This document shows positions 29,201-39,120 of a stretch of DNA of 64,000 bases, piece by piece (position 1 is the first letter of the stretch; every line of letters starts with the position of its first letter). The position numbers were made by a program, and so were the translations under genes. This stretch comes from Chrysemys picta bellii (lineage: Eukaryota). The stretch is taken from NCBI RefSeq assembly GCF_011386835.1, contig NC_088806.1:1612001-1676000 (forward strand), written 5' to 3'. Below the pieces are notes generated by a model. The model was given only the letters and a program-made list of their open reading frames with translations, was not told the DNA's origin and did not search any database.

Positions 29201-32200
29201 GAGGCGCCGCTCTAGCTGCTCACATTAGCGCTGTATGGCTGGCGCGGGCAGGGAGCAGCTGGTCCTGTGGCTCCGCTGCCCCCCATACTTACCCGGGAAG
29301 GCAGGGAACATGGCGAAGGCGGGGGCCGGCTGGGGGGCGGCGAAAGGGTCCCCGCCTATATCCGCCAGGAGGTCCGTGCTGGCTTTCTTGGCCGGCTGGG
29401 AGGTGCGCTGGTGCGGCAGGCGGGGCTGGCCCAAGCTCTGAGAGACACAACTGGTAACAGGCCTGGGGCCATGGCGTCCTGGCTCCCACCTCCGCCCCGC
29501 CCGCTCTAACCACCAGACCAGAGCCGGGGAGAGAACCCAGGAGTCCTGGCTCTCAGCTCCCCCGCTTTAACCACCAGCTCCCACTCCCCTCCCGGCACCG
29601 GGGAGAGAACCCAGGAGTCCTGGCTCCCAACCCCCCCCGTTCTAACCCACCAGCTCCCACTCCCCTCCCAGCGCCGGGGAGAGAACCCAGGAGTCCTGGC
29701 TCCCAACCCCCCCCGTTCTAACCCACCAGCTCCCACTCCCCTCCCAGCGCTGGGGATAGAACCCAGGAGTCCTGGCTCCCAGCCCCCCCTGTTCTAACCC
29801 ACCAGCCCCCACTCCCCTCCCAGCGCCAGGGAGAGAACCCAGGAGTCCTGGCTCCCAGCCCCCCCTGTTCTAACCCACCAGCTCCCACTCCCCTCCCAGA
29901 GTTGGGGAGAGAACCCAGGAGTCCTGGCTTACCCGGCTGGATCCGGCAGCTGTGAGGAGCGCTCCTGAGTCCCCTAGAAGGGTCTGCTGGGGCTTCACCT
30001 CTGGGGTGGAGCTCTGGCTGGCCAGGGAGGTGGCTCCCCTGGCTTGATCCGACGAGACGTACCTGCAGGGGGAGCCAGAAAGACATATTGCCAGCACCAG
30101 CCACAGAGACAGCCACACCCGCTACCACGGTCAGAGAACCTTGGGGGCCTACAAAAATAGGATGACATCAGGATTGGAGCAGCCAGGACTCCTGGGTTCT
30201 CTTCCCGGCTCTCGGGTACGTCAAGGAGCAGGAACTGTGTCCCTCCACTGCACCCATGGGAGGGGCTGAAGAAGGGTGAGGCCCAGTTTGCGGGGAACCA
30301 GGGACAGCCCCCTCCCCTCCCGACCCCACTCGTCCGCCACTCCGCTTTTACCATCGCTTCTTCTCATATTTCTCCTGCAAGAACTCCTTCACTTTCTGCG
30401 GGTCCCTGGAGTCTGGGAGCAGCGACGTGCGGGGATCAAAGGAGCCCAGCCAAACCTTCCGGCAGGCCTAGAGCCAGCAAGGCTTTGTTAGACAAAGGAG
30501 GCAGAGCCAGGACTCCTGGGTTCTCTCCCCAGCTCTGGGAGGGGAGTGGGGGCTGGTGGGTTACAGCAGGGGGGGCTGGGAGCCAGGACTCCTGGGTTCT
30601 CTCCCCGGCTCTGGGAGGGGAGTGGGGCTGGTGGGTTAGAGCAGGGGGGGCTGGGAGCCAGGACTCCTGGGTTCTCTCCCCAGCTCTGGGAGGGGAGTGG
30701 GGGCTGGTGGGTTAGAGCAGGGAGGGCTGGGAGCCAGGACTCCTGGGTTCTCTCCCCAGCTCTGGGAGGGGCGTGGGGGCTGGTGGGTTAGAGCAGGGAG
30801 GGCTGGGAACCAGGACTCCTGGGTTCTCTCCCCAGCTCTGGGAGGGGAGGGGGGGCTGGTGGGTTAGAGCAGGAGGGGCTGGGAGCCAGGACTCCTGGGT
30901 TCTCTCCCCAGCACTGGGAGGGGAGTGGGGGCTGGTGGGTTAGAGCAGGGGGGGCTGGGAGCCAGGACTCCTGGGTTCTCTCCCCAGCACTGGGAGGGGA
31001 GTGGGGGCTGGTGGGTTAGAGCAGGGGGGACTGGGAGCCAGGACTCCTGGGTTCTCTCCCCGGCTCTGGGAGGGGCGTGGGGGCTGGTGGCTTACAGAAG
31101 GGGGCCTGGGAGCCAGGACTCCTGGGTTCTATGTGCAGTGAGCTCTCAGCTCGGCACTGGCGTAACACAGAAAATCAAGGCCCGTCCCTGGCCTCTCACC
31201 TCATTGCCGTGGGCCTGCAGGAACAGCACCTCGGGCTCGGTGAAGGTGGTCATGGAAATGGATTTGACGCGGTGCGGGGGGTTCAGGCCCCGGCTGTAAC
31301 AGAGACAAGGATTACGGCTCTGCCTTTCCCGCCGGCCCGAGGGGCCAGCAGGGCTCTGGGACTGGGAGGACCTGGCCAGACGCCCCCTCCCTGAGCCGGG
31401 GACAGAACCCAGGCGTCCTGGTTTCCAGGCCACGCGCTCAAGGAGAATCAGGCCGAGGCCTGGGAAGTCCCAAGGCGCCCCGTGCCCCGGTCCTGCCCCC
31501 CTCGGCAGCGCCCGCATTGCCCACTGCGTTAGGAGCCATTCAGCAGGTGAGCTGCAGCGCGGGGGCTGGGGGCGCCAGGGCGCCAGCGTGAGACCCCCCC
31601 ATGGAGAAGGCAGGAGGATCGCCCCCAGCAGGAGCCCCCCCGCCCCCCTGTGAGGTGGGATCAGACTGGCGCTGAGCTGAGGGTGGGACACGAAGCCCCG
31701 CCCCCTCCCAGCGCCCACAAACTGCCCGTGCAAACGAAGCCCCGCCCCCAATCAACCCGCGAACACGAAGCCCCGCCCCCACTGACAGCGGCCCCGAGCA
31801 GCGCGCGCGCGCGTAGCCCCGCCCCCTGCCCGTAGCCCCGCCCCCACTGACAGCGGCCCCGAGCAGCGCGCGCGCGAAGCCCCGCCCCCACTCAGAGCGC
31901 GCCCGAGCAGCCCGGCGCGCGCAGCCCCGCCCCCTACCAGTAGCCCCGCCCCCACTCACAGCGCGCCCGAGCAGCCCGCGCGCGAAGCCCCGCCCCCACT
32001 GACAGCACGCCCGAGCAGCCCCGCCCCCAGTCACAGCGCGCCCGAGCAGCCCGCGCGCGAAGCCCCGCCCCCACTGACAGCGCGCCCGAGCAGCCCGCGC
32101 GCGAAGCCCCGCCCCCACTGACAGCGCGCCCGAGCAGCCCCGCCCCCTGCCCGTAGCCCCGCCCCCACTCACAGCGCGCCCGAAGCCCCGCCCCCTGCCC

Positions 32201-32506
32201 GTAGCCCCGCCCCCACTCACAGCGCGCCCGAGCAGCCCGCGCGCGCAGCCCCGCCCCCACTCACAGCGCGCCCGAAGCCCCGCCCCCTGCCCGTAGCCCC
32301 GCCCCCACTCACAGCGCGCCGGAGCAGCCCGTGCACACGAAGCTGCCCAGCGTGATGTCCACGTAGGTGACGCCGCGCTGGCCGCACTCGAAGCAGAGGC
32401 GATTGCCGGGCCCGGAGCCCACCAGGTCCCTGACGCGGCGGGACCAGACCTCGGACTCCGCGTCTCGCGGGGCGCCGGGCTTCCTGCCTCCGGACCCGGC
32501 CGCCAT
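26203..32506 (-). CDS. AGFG2: ArfGAP with FG repeats 2, 11 coding exons, 386 aa
   Basis: Exons 32506-32313, 31293-31200, 30467-30352, 30062-29933, 29437-29293, 28464-28351, 27546-27459, 27295-27231, 27137-27054, 26788-26718 and 26262-26203; all GT-AG, total 1161 nt in frame. Zinc finger CFEC-x16-CTGC-x4-R, RGLNPPHRVKSISMTTFT, DPQKVKEFLQEKYEKKRWY, KKASTDLLADIGGDPF, four NPF motifs and C-terminus TNPFL*. Confidence 0.95.
28485..29200. repeat. 69-bp tandem array (~10 units) in AGFG2 intron 5
   Basis: Unit GGTCAGCCAGCTCCCAGCCTGCACTACCCAGTATCACCACGTGGGGGCCTCGCTAGCTCAGCGCTCTAT. Confidence 0.95.
29520..29930 (+). repeat. Family B array in AGFG2 intron 4
   Basis: ~6 units in the GAGAACCCAGGAGTCC orientation. 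Confidence 0.9.
30505..31130 (-). repeat. Family B array in AGFG2 intron 2 (opposite orientation)
   Basis: ~8 units in the GGACTCCTGGGTTCTCTC orientation. Confidence 0.9.
31780..32325 (-). repeat. 44-48-bp GC-rich array built from the AGFG2 exon 1 end plus splice donor
   Basis: Minus-strand unit GGGCTGCTCGGGCGCGCT|GTGAGTGGGGGCGGGGC copies the real exon 1/intron 1 junction. Confidence 0.85.
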
Positions 32507-32549
32507 CAGCCCCCGCCCCTCCCGCCTGCTGTCAGCGGGGCCGCGCCGC

Positions 32550-32960
32550 CCGAGCGCACTGCGCAGGCGCCAGCTCTCCTCTTCCGCGCCAAGGGCGTGC
32601 GCAGCCGTCCCAGCCCCCGGTTCCGTTAGTCGCCAGTGCGCCTGCGCCGCGAATCCGCCCTCACTGGTTCGCCACAGCGCACGCTGTACCGCCCCGTTCG
32701 ACTGCGCCTGCGTTTGACGGGTGGGGCGGCACGTGCCGCCATCTTGCTTTGCTATTGCGCCTGCGCCACTTCCCGCGCGCTCCTCTTCTGCGCATGCCCC
32801 AGAGGAGGCCTTCCCGTTCCCTCACTTTTTTTAAGGCGCATGCGCCAACTTCTGAGGCGCGAAGCAGCCCTCACCCTGCCACTTAGCGGCGGGGCACGCG
32901 GCCGCAACGACGTGCGCGCGCATCACCAACCGCCCCCGCGCCCGTTCCAACCGCCGTTCC
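32550..32960. promoter_or_regulatory. AGFG2 CpG-island promoter with six NRF1-like motifs
   Basis: TGCGCAGGCGCC (32560), TGCGCCTGCGCC (32637, 32756), TGCGCCTGCGTT (32703), TGCGCATGCCCC (32789) and the palindrome GGCGCATGCGCC (32835); very CpG-dense; lies just upstream of the ATG. Confidence 0.7.
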
Positions 32961-33079
32961 CGCCAAAACAGCCCCCCAGCCCGCCCCCCAGCAACCCAGA
33001 GGCTCCCAGCGCCGCCCCCCAGAGCTTCCCACCCGAGCCCCCGGGGCCTCCCCCCAGTGGGGTCCCCCGCCCCCCCCAG

Positions 33080-33765
33080 AGACCCAGGGCCCCCAGCCCT
33101 GCCCCCCAGATCCCCCCCAGCCCCTACCCCCTAGAGATCCAGAGCCCCCCCCACCAAGGCCCCCCGAAAGGGGGGCCCAGCCCTTCCCCCCAGGGGCCCC
33201 CCACCAGGGCCCCCAGCCCTGCCCCCCAGATCCCACCCCTCTTGGGCCCCCAGCCCCTCCTCCCTAGAGATCCAGGGCCCCCAGCCCTGCCCCCCAGAGC
33301 CACCCCACTGGGGCATGCAGCCCCTCCTCCCTAGAGATCCAGGGCCCCCAGCCCTGCCCCCCAGAGCCACCCCACTGGGGCATGCAGCCCCTCCTCCCTA
33401 GAGATCCAGGGCCCCCAGCCCTGCCCCCCAGAGCCACCCCACTGGGGCATGCAGCCCCTCCTCCCTAGAGATCCAGGGCCCCCAGCCCTGCCCCCCAGAG
33501 CCACCCCACTGGGGCATGCAGCCCCTCCTCCCTAGAGATCCAGGGCCCCCAGCCCTGCCCCCCAGAGCCACCCCACTGGGGCATGCAGCCCCTCCTCCCC
33601 AGAGATCCAGGGCCCCCAGCCATGTCCCCCAGAGCCACCCCACCGGGGCATGCAGCCCCTCCTCCCTAGAGATCCAGGGCCCCCAGCCCTGCCCCCCAGA
33701 GCCACCCCACTGGGGCATGCAGCCCCTCCTCCCTAGAGATCCAGGGCCCCCAGCCATGTCCCCCA
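33080..33765. repeat. 67-bp tandem array
   Basis: Unit CCCCTCCTCCCTAGAGATCCAGGGCCCCCAGCCCTGCCCCCCAGAGCCACCCCACTGGGGCATGCAG; period measured at 33265/33332/33399. Confidence 0.9.
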
Positions 33766-34037
33766 CCGGGACCCAGGCCCGGTGCTGGATGCGTTTGCGA
33801 CAGTGCTGGGAAGCCTGGCCTGTGTCCCCCGTCGCGCTCGGAGCAGTACGGAGACGTAAGTTGTCTGGAGCGATGCTCCGCAGACTGATTTCACACCTGG
33901 AGCTCCTGGATCCTTCTTCGCTTTCTGCCCCCAATCAACTGCTGTAGAGGGTTGTAGGTTTATAACGCACAGCCAGACTTCTGCCTCCCCCCAGAGGTGG
34001 CTGCACGCTAGCACTGTCCATCTATAAACAGCTGTTG

Positions 34038-34160
34038 TAGGGTGACCAGACAGCAAGTGTGAAAAATCGGGACGGGGGTGGGGGGTAATAGGAGCCTATA
34101 TAAAAAAAAGTCCCAAAAATCGGGACAGTCCCTATAAAATTGGGACATCTGGTCACTCTA
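34038..34160. mobile_element. hAT-type MITE (TAGGGTGACCAG termini)
   Basis: TIRs TAGGGTGACCAGA...TCTGGTCACTCTA; same family as 40650-40781; TSD not clear. Confidence 0.75.
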
Positions 34161-35399
34161 GTTGTACCTCACCCCAGAGGCCGCCGCACCTCAGCGCTAG
34201 GCGACGGATCCCTGTATAAACCGCCTCCCCACCCCAGAGACAGTTGCATCTCAGCACGAATGAAGGGATCTCCATATAACCAGCTGCCCTGCCCCAGAGG
34301 TGGGTGCATCTCTCGTATCGATGTATAACCAGCCCTCTCCCCCCCCCCCCCCGGGTTGGTGCTTTATCTCAGCACAGGGCAAGGGGTTCTTATTTATAAA
34401 GCATCTCTGGGGTTGTTTTTCAATCCAAACCTGCCTTGGAAGTGTAAGAGATTCGTTGGGAAAACCACAATCAGCCCGGCAGTTTTCTTTGGAGACGGAA
34501 AGACACCAAGGCGGACTGAACGCTTCACACGTTTGCGGCGTTAGATCTTGCAGCCCCAAATTTGCAAGGGGGTGGAGTAGGCGTGGTGGAAACATGCGAA
34601 CCCTGCTAATGAGCCTGTTTGAAGGGGATTCTTGCCAAAAGTGTGCCCGCTCCTTGTTTCACTCGCTTGCTGTCATTCTGGGCTCCAGTCCCATCTGGGA
34701 TATTGCGTCCTGCTCTGGGCAAAAGCAATGGACACTTCTGGAGTCCAGAGAAGAAGAAGAAGCAATGATTACAGTCAGTGACTGGTTGGTTAATTAATGC
34801 TCCCATTTATAGCCTTGGGCCCGGTGTGCAGATTAGCCTGACGCGAGTACCTCAGTTCCCAGAGCAGTGGAAAGATCAAGCCTACGATCAGTGTCAGCCA
34901 AAGGGGGGGGGGTGCAGGGAAACTGAGGTGGGATGGAAGGGATCCCCCCAGTTTGTTCTGCCTGAGCCAGCCACCGTGGGTCCTCCAGTGCGCTGTCCTC
35001 ACCCATTTACATGTGTATCTGTCTCCCCACCCCCACGCGTCTGATTGAAATTCATCGCCAGGCTGCTAGTCCACGTCTCTCCAGGCAGTGTTCTTGGGAA
35101 AATGAGGCGTTCTGGGGAGTGAGGGAAGGCGTGTGATTGAAACACGCTGGGCTGGTGGCGTGTTGGAGGGACATCCCCGTGAAACCGTGACTTCCCCGCG
35201 AACGGCACTCATGTCATAGCACAAGAGCTGCCCTGGGCTCCGCTCCCGTGCACGCCTGCAGCCCTTGCTCACGTGCGGCAGTGCTGTTAACCCCAGCTGC
35301 TTGGGCCGAGGTGAACTATCCTGCGCCTAAGACACACAGCGATCACGCTGTTAAAAGCGCACCTTCTTCTGCAGGGAAGACCAAACCTATATAACTGGA

Positions 35400-35605
35400 C
35401 AGGCCTAACAGTCCCCAGAACTGGAGAGATGGATACTAGAACACTGCATTTGGTTCTGGTGTCCCTGTTTTAAATAGGATGTTAAAAACTCAGAGTGCGT
35501 GGTAGAAACAAGCCACCAAAAAGTTATTCAAGATCAGGAGGAAATGCCTTCGACCCAAGGAGCTCGATCTGTTTAGCTTATCAAAAAGAATGAGAAGTGA
35601 CTGTG
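35400..35605 (+). mobile_element. CR1 LINE ORF2 3' fragment
   Basis: AAGGAGCTCGATCTGTTTAGCTTATCAAAAAGAATGAGAAGTGAC resembles the CR1 ORF2 C-terminal region; degenerate. Confidence 0.5.
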
Positions 35606-35607
35606 GT

Positions 35608-36225
35608 GTCTAGCAACTACACACCACACCACAGAAACACCAACCCAGGAACCAATCCCTGTAGCAAACCTCATTGCCTACTCTGTCCCCATATCTACTC
35701 TGGCGACACCATCAGAGGACCCAACCACATCAGCCACACCATCAAGGGCTCATTCACCTGCATGTCTACTAATGTGATATGTGCCAGCAATGCCCCTCTG
35801 GCCAAACCGGACAGTCCCTACGTAAAAGAATAAATGGACACAAATCCGACATCAGGAATGGGAAGATACAGAAGCCAGTAAGTGAACACTTCAATCTCCC
35901 TGGACATTCTATAACAGTTTTAAAACTAACTTCAGAAACAGACTTCGAAGAGAAACTGCAGGACTAAAATTCATTTGCAAATGTAACCCCATTAATTTGG
36001 GTTTGACTAGGGACTGGGAGTGGCTGGCTCACTACAAAAGCAGATTTACCTCTCCTCTTCATGTGTCAGTATCTAATGCCTGCAGCTGTAACTTTCACTC
36101 CATGCATCCGAAGAAGTGAGGTTTTTACCCACGAAAGCTTATGCCCAAATAAATCTGTTAGTCTTTAAGGTGCCACTGGATTCCTTGTTGTGTTTGTGGA
36201 TACAGACTAACAGGGCTACCCCCGA
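35608..36225 (+). mobile_element. Penelope-like element fragment (GIY-YIG endonuclease plus 3' repeat)
   Basis: SHTIKGSFTC.STNVI, CQQCPS, GQTGQSLRKRINGHKSDIRN, KPVSEHFNLPGHS; 3' tail CACGAAAGCTTATGCCCAAATAAATCTGTTAGTCTTTAAGGTGCCAC. Confidence 0.85.
36104..36144 (+). ncRNA. Minimal type I hammerhead ribozyme, degenerate core (CCGAAGA)
   Basis: GCAT-CCGAAGA-A-GTGAGG...CCCAC-GAAAGCTT-ATGC; U4-to-C change in the core and a mismatch in stem II. Confidence 0.55.
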
Positions 36226-36233
36226 TACTTGTG

Positions 36234-36686
36234 GTGGATACGGATTCGTCTCCCCATACAGTGATCAGATCCAGTACCTCCCGTACGGTCCATGCTGGAG
36301 CTCTTTTTCGATTCTGGGACTGCATGGTCACCTGTGCTGATCAGCGCTCCACGCTGGGCAAACAGGAAACGAAATTCAAAAGTTCGCGGGGCTTTTCCTG
36401 TCTACCTGGCCAGTGCATCCGAGTTCAGATTGCTGTCCAGAGCGGTCACAATGGTGCACTGTGGGATAGCTCCCGGAGGCCAATACCGTCGAATTGCATC
36501 CATGCTAACCCTAATTTGAACCGGCAATGTCGATTTCAGTGCTACTCCCCTCGTTGGGGAGGAGTACAGAAATCAATTTTAAGAGTCCTTTATGTCGACA
36601 AAAATGGCTTCGTTGTGTGAACGGGTGCAGGGTTAATTCAATGTAATGCTGCTAAATTCGACCTAAACTCGTAGTGTAGACCAGGC
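36234..36686 (-). mobile_element. Probable PIF/Harbinger-type MITE (one end GGCCTGGTCTACAC)
   Basis: The end ...GTAGTGTAGACCAGGCC and the internal GTCGAC/AGCGCTCC pattern resemble the abundant turtle GTCTACAC MITEs; the other end looks truncated. Confidence 0.5.
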
Positions 36687-36699
36687 CTAAGTATCTTCA

Positions 36700-36940
36700 T
36701 GGGGAGAAAATACCAGGTGCTAACAAGCTGTTCAGTCTAGTGGAGAAGGACAGAACAAGACCCAGTGGCTGGGAGTTCAAGCCAGACATGTTCCAGTGAG
36801 AGACGAGGCACGTTCCAGTGAGAGACGAGGCACCCGTTTTTAACAATGGACCAACCCCCCAGGGGGGCAGCAGGGGAATCACCATCTCTGGATGGCTTCC
36901 CATCCAGACTGGAGCTTTTCTGGAAGATGCTTTAGTCCGG
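36700..36940 (+). mobile_element. CR1 LINE 3' fragment, degenerate
   Basis: CTGTTCAGTCTAGTGGAGAAGG.CAGAACAAGA...TTTTTAACA...CCATCTCTGGA...CCAGACTGGA..TTTCTGGAAGATG resembles the CR1 3' end. Confidence 0.5.
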
Positions 36941-37046
36941 CAGGAGTGACTGAGCTGAATCCAGGGTGAAGTGGAGGTCAGGGTAGGTGATCGGATAGAG
37001 GAACTAATGTTGGCTGAGACAGATTTGGGAAGGGGACACACACATG

Positions 37047-37082
<36 letters not shown>

Positions 37083-37159
37083 GATGCTGATTCATGAATT
37101 CGACGGCTTTGGAACGAACCTCCTGTCTGGATTTTTAAATCGCCAGTGACGGGAAAACA

Positions 37160-37510
37160 TTACAAACCCTAAACTTTATTTCCCCAATACTACTTTCTCC
37201 CTGTTACTTACACCTTCTTGTCAACTGTCTGTAACGGGCCACTCTCTTACCACTTCAAAAGTTATTTCTCCTCCCTTGGTATCCTGCTGTTAATTGATTT
37301 ATCTCGTTAGACGACCTCACACTTGGTAAAGCAACCTACATCCTTTCATGTATTTATACCTGCTCCTGTATCTTTTACTTCATACATCTGATGAAGTGGG
37401 TTCTAGCCCACGAAAGCTTATGCCCAAATAAATTTGTTAGTCTCTAAGGTGCCACAAGGACTCCTCAGTATTTTTGCTGATACAGACTAACACGGCGACC
37501 ACTGAAACTG
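37160..37510 (+). mobile_element. Penelope-like 3' (pseudo-LTR) fragment
   Basis: CACCTTCTTGTCAACTGT...CTGATGAAGTGGG...CACGAAAGCTTATGCCCAAATAAATTTGTTAGTCTCTAAGGTGCCACAAG...CAGACTAACACGGC; parallels 36060-36225. Confidence 0.8.
37385..37422 (+). ncRNA. Minimal type I hammerhead ribozyme with intact core
   Basis: CAT-CTGATGA-A-GTGGG(TTCTAG)CCCAC-GAA-AGCT-T-ATG: stem I CAT/ATG, 5-bp stem II, palindromic loop-less stem III (AGCT), CUU cleavage triplet. Confidence 0.75.
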
Positions 37511-38169
37511 GGAAACCCTCTGCCGCTCCTGGGAAGTTGTTCCCGCGGGTCGTTCCTCGCCCTGGTAAAAACAGGCATGTCTTTTCCGGTCTGAATTTGG
37601 TCCGCCTTGGCGCCCTCAGAAAGACGCTGGGTCCCGAAATCAGAGCGGTTGTGTTTCCAGTGGGAGAGAAGGAAGTGCAGAGGGCTGAAGTATTCAAATG
37701 CCTGCCCTCAACCTGCGGCCCCTTTGCCAAAGTGCAGCACAAGCCAGGCTGCCTCTGGGGGCTTCTTTTCTCTCTCCTGCTTTCAGCGCTGATTACCATC
37801 AAAGCCAGCCCTCCATTCAGCTCAGCAGGGCTCTGCCTGGGGACATACCTTGTGCTGAGTAGGCATATATGGAAATGAGCGGGTTATTAGGAAGGGGTGG
37901 GGCTCGCATGGCTCTTTGTTGAGGTGGCCTGGGTGAAACCCTGGGAGTCTAGTCAGATTGCAGCTCCAGACTTGAGCCTGCAGCGCACGTTTTACCCCAG
38001 CACATGGGATTGGGCTCAAAACTGGATGATTTCATGGGCCCGTCCGGCCTTAGGCGCTAGGAATCCCCTGGGGAAAGGAACACACACACTAATCAAAGCC
38101 ATAGCCAGGCCTGGGGCCCAGGCAGGAGTCTACCTCTCCCTGGCTTCCAGGGGCCAGCGGGGTAAGCAC

Positions 38170-39120
38170 GGTGACCAGATGTCCCGTTTTTAAAGGGACA
38201 GTCCTGTTTTGGGGGCCTTTTTCTTATATAGGAGCCTGTGTCACGGACTCACAGATCGTGCCCACTCTTGGCCCCGTGCGGTCCGTGGGGGGTGCCCCTT
38301 TTAGTGAGACAGCCCTTCTCGGGGGTCCACTCTCTCTCGGGGTCAGGCCCCTCCACCTCCTGGAGCCGCACCTCTCGGAGCCTTAGCATGTCTGTCTCTG
38401 CTGTGGGCCCCCTCAGGGAGTCCACTCGCTCTGGACCCCGGGGCCTCCACCCCCAAAGGGGTTGATGCAACCCTGTTCTCTAGACCAGAGTGACTCTCAG
38501 CCAGCGTAACACAGGAGGGTTTATTGAGAGTTGAACCCAGCCCAGGAAACTCTCAGGGCCTCAGGCCTGGCCTCCCTCAGCCCAGCACACCCCAGTCTCT
38601 CTGCATCCAGGTGGGCTCTGCCTGCTCCCCCTCTCCAGCCCCCAGCCCCCCTGCTCCCAGCTGAGCATCTGAGATCCCCGGCCCCAGGCCCCGCCTCTGT
38701 CCATTGTCTTCTCTCCAGGGAAACAGGGTTGTAAACCGGGGCCTCCGCTCCTGCTTCTGTCCTCTGGCTGGAACCGGCTGGTTAGGTCACTGGGTCCTCT
38801 CCCCGCAGCCCATTGTCCGCCCACTGGCCAGAACCGGCTGTGTCTCCTCAGCTGGGCCTCCGGGTCACCAGGTCGCCGGTCGCTGGGGTATCCATCCTCC
38901 CGGCCATCGGCTGGGTCCCCACGTCCTCTCTCCGGTCCTCTGCAAAACACACTCCCTCTCCCCTCCCCTCGTTAAACCAGTAACACCCAGGGAAACTGAG
39001 TCCCACCCCCGCCGCATGCAAACCATTGAAACTCCACCGAGAACAAGAAAACCCCCCACTTCGTCACAGCTGTTACCCCTCACCCCCTGTCCCGTTTTTT
39101 CACAGTTGCTATCTGGTAAC
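38170..39120. mobile_element. hAT MITE split by a solo LTR
   Basis: GGTGACCAGATGTCCCG...TATAGGAGCCTG | LTR | GCTGTTACCC...TTGCTATCTGGTAAC; the two halves join to match the MITE at 34038 and 40650. Confidence 0.75.
38239..39068 (-). mobile_element. Solo Gypsy LTR, same family as 1481-2311
   Basis: TGTCA...TCACA termini, colinear with the first LTR, no PBS or internal sequence, 4-bp TSD CCTG/GCTG (one mismatch). Confidence 0.92.

Noticed and set aside
28294-29457. 387-aa ORF with 23-aa repeats (VSQLPACTTQY...)
   Set aside because: A 69-bp intronic tandem array antisense to AGFG2; a unit length divisible by 3 explains the open frame.
34300-34797. 165-aa ORF upstream of AGFG2; searched for MFF, TM4SF20 or COL4 paralogs expected from the paralogon
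   Set aside because: No recognisable similarity to those families or to any domain I know.
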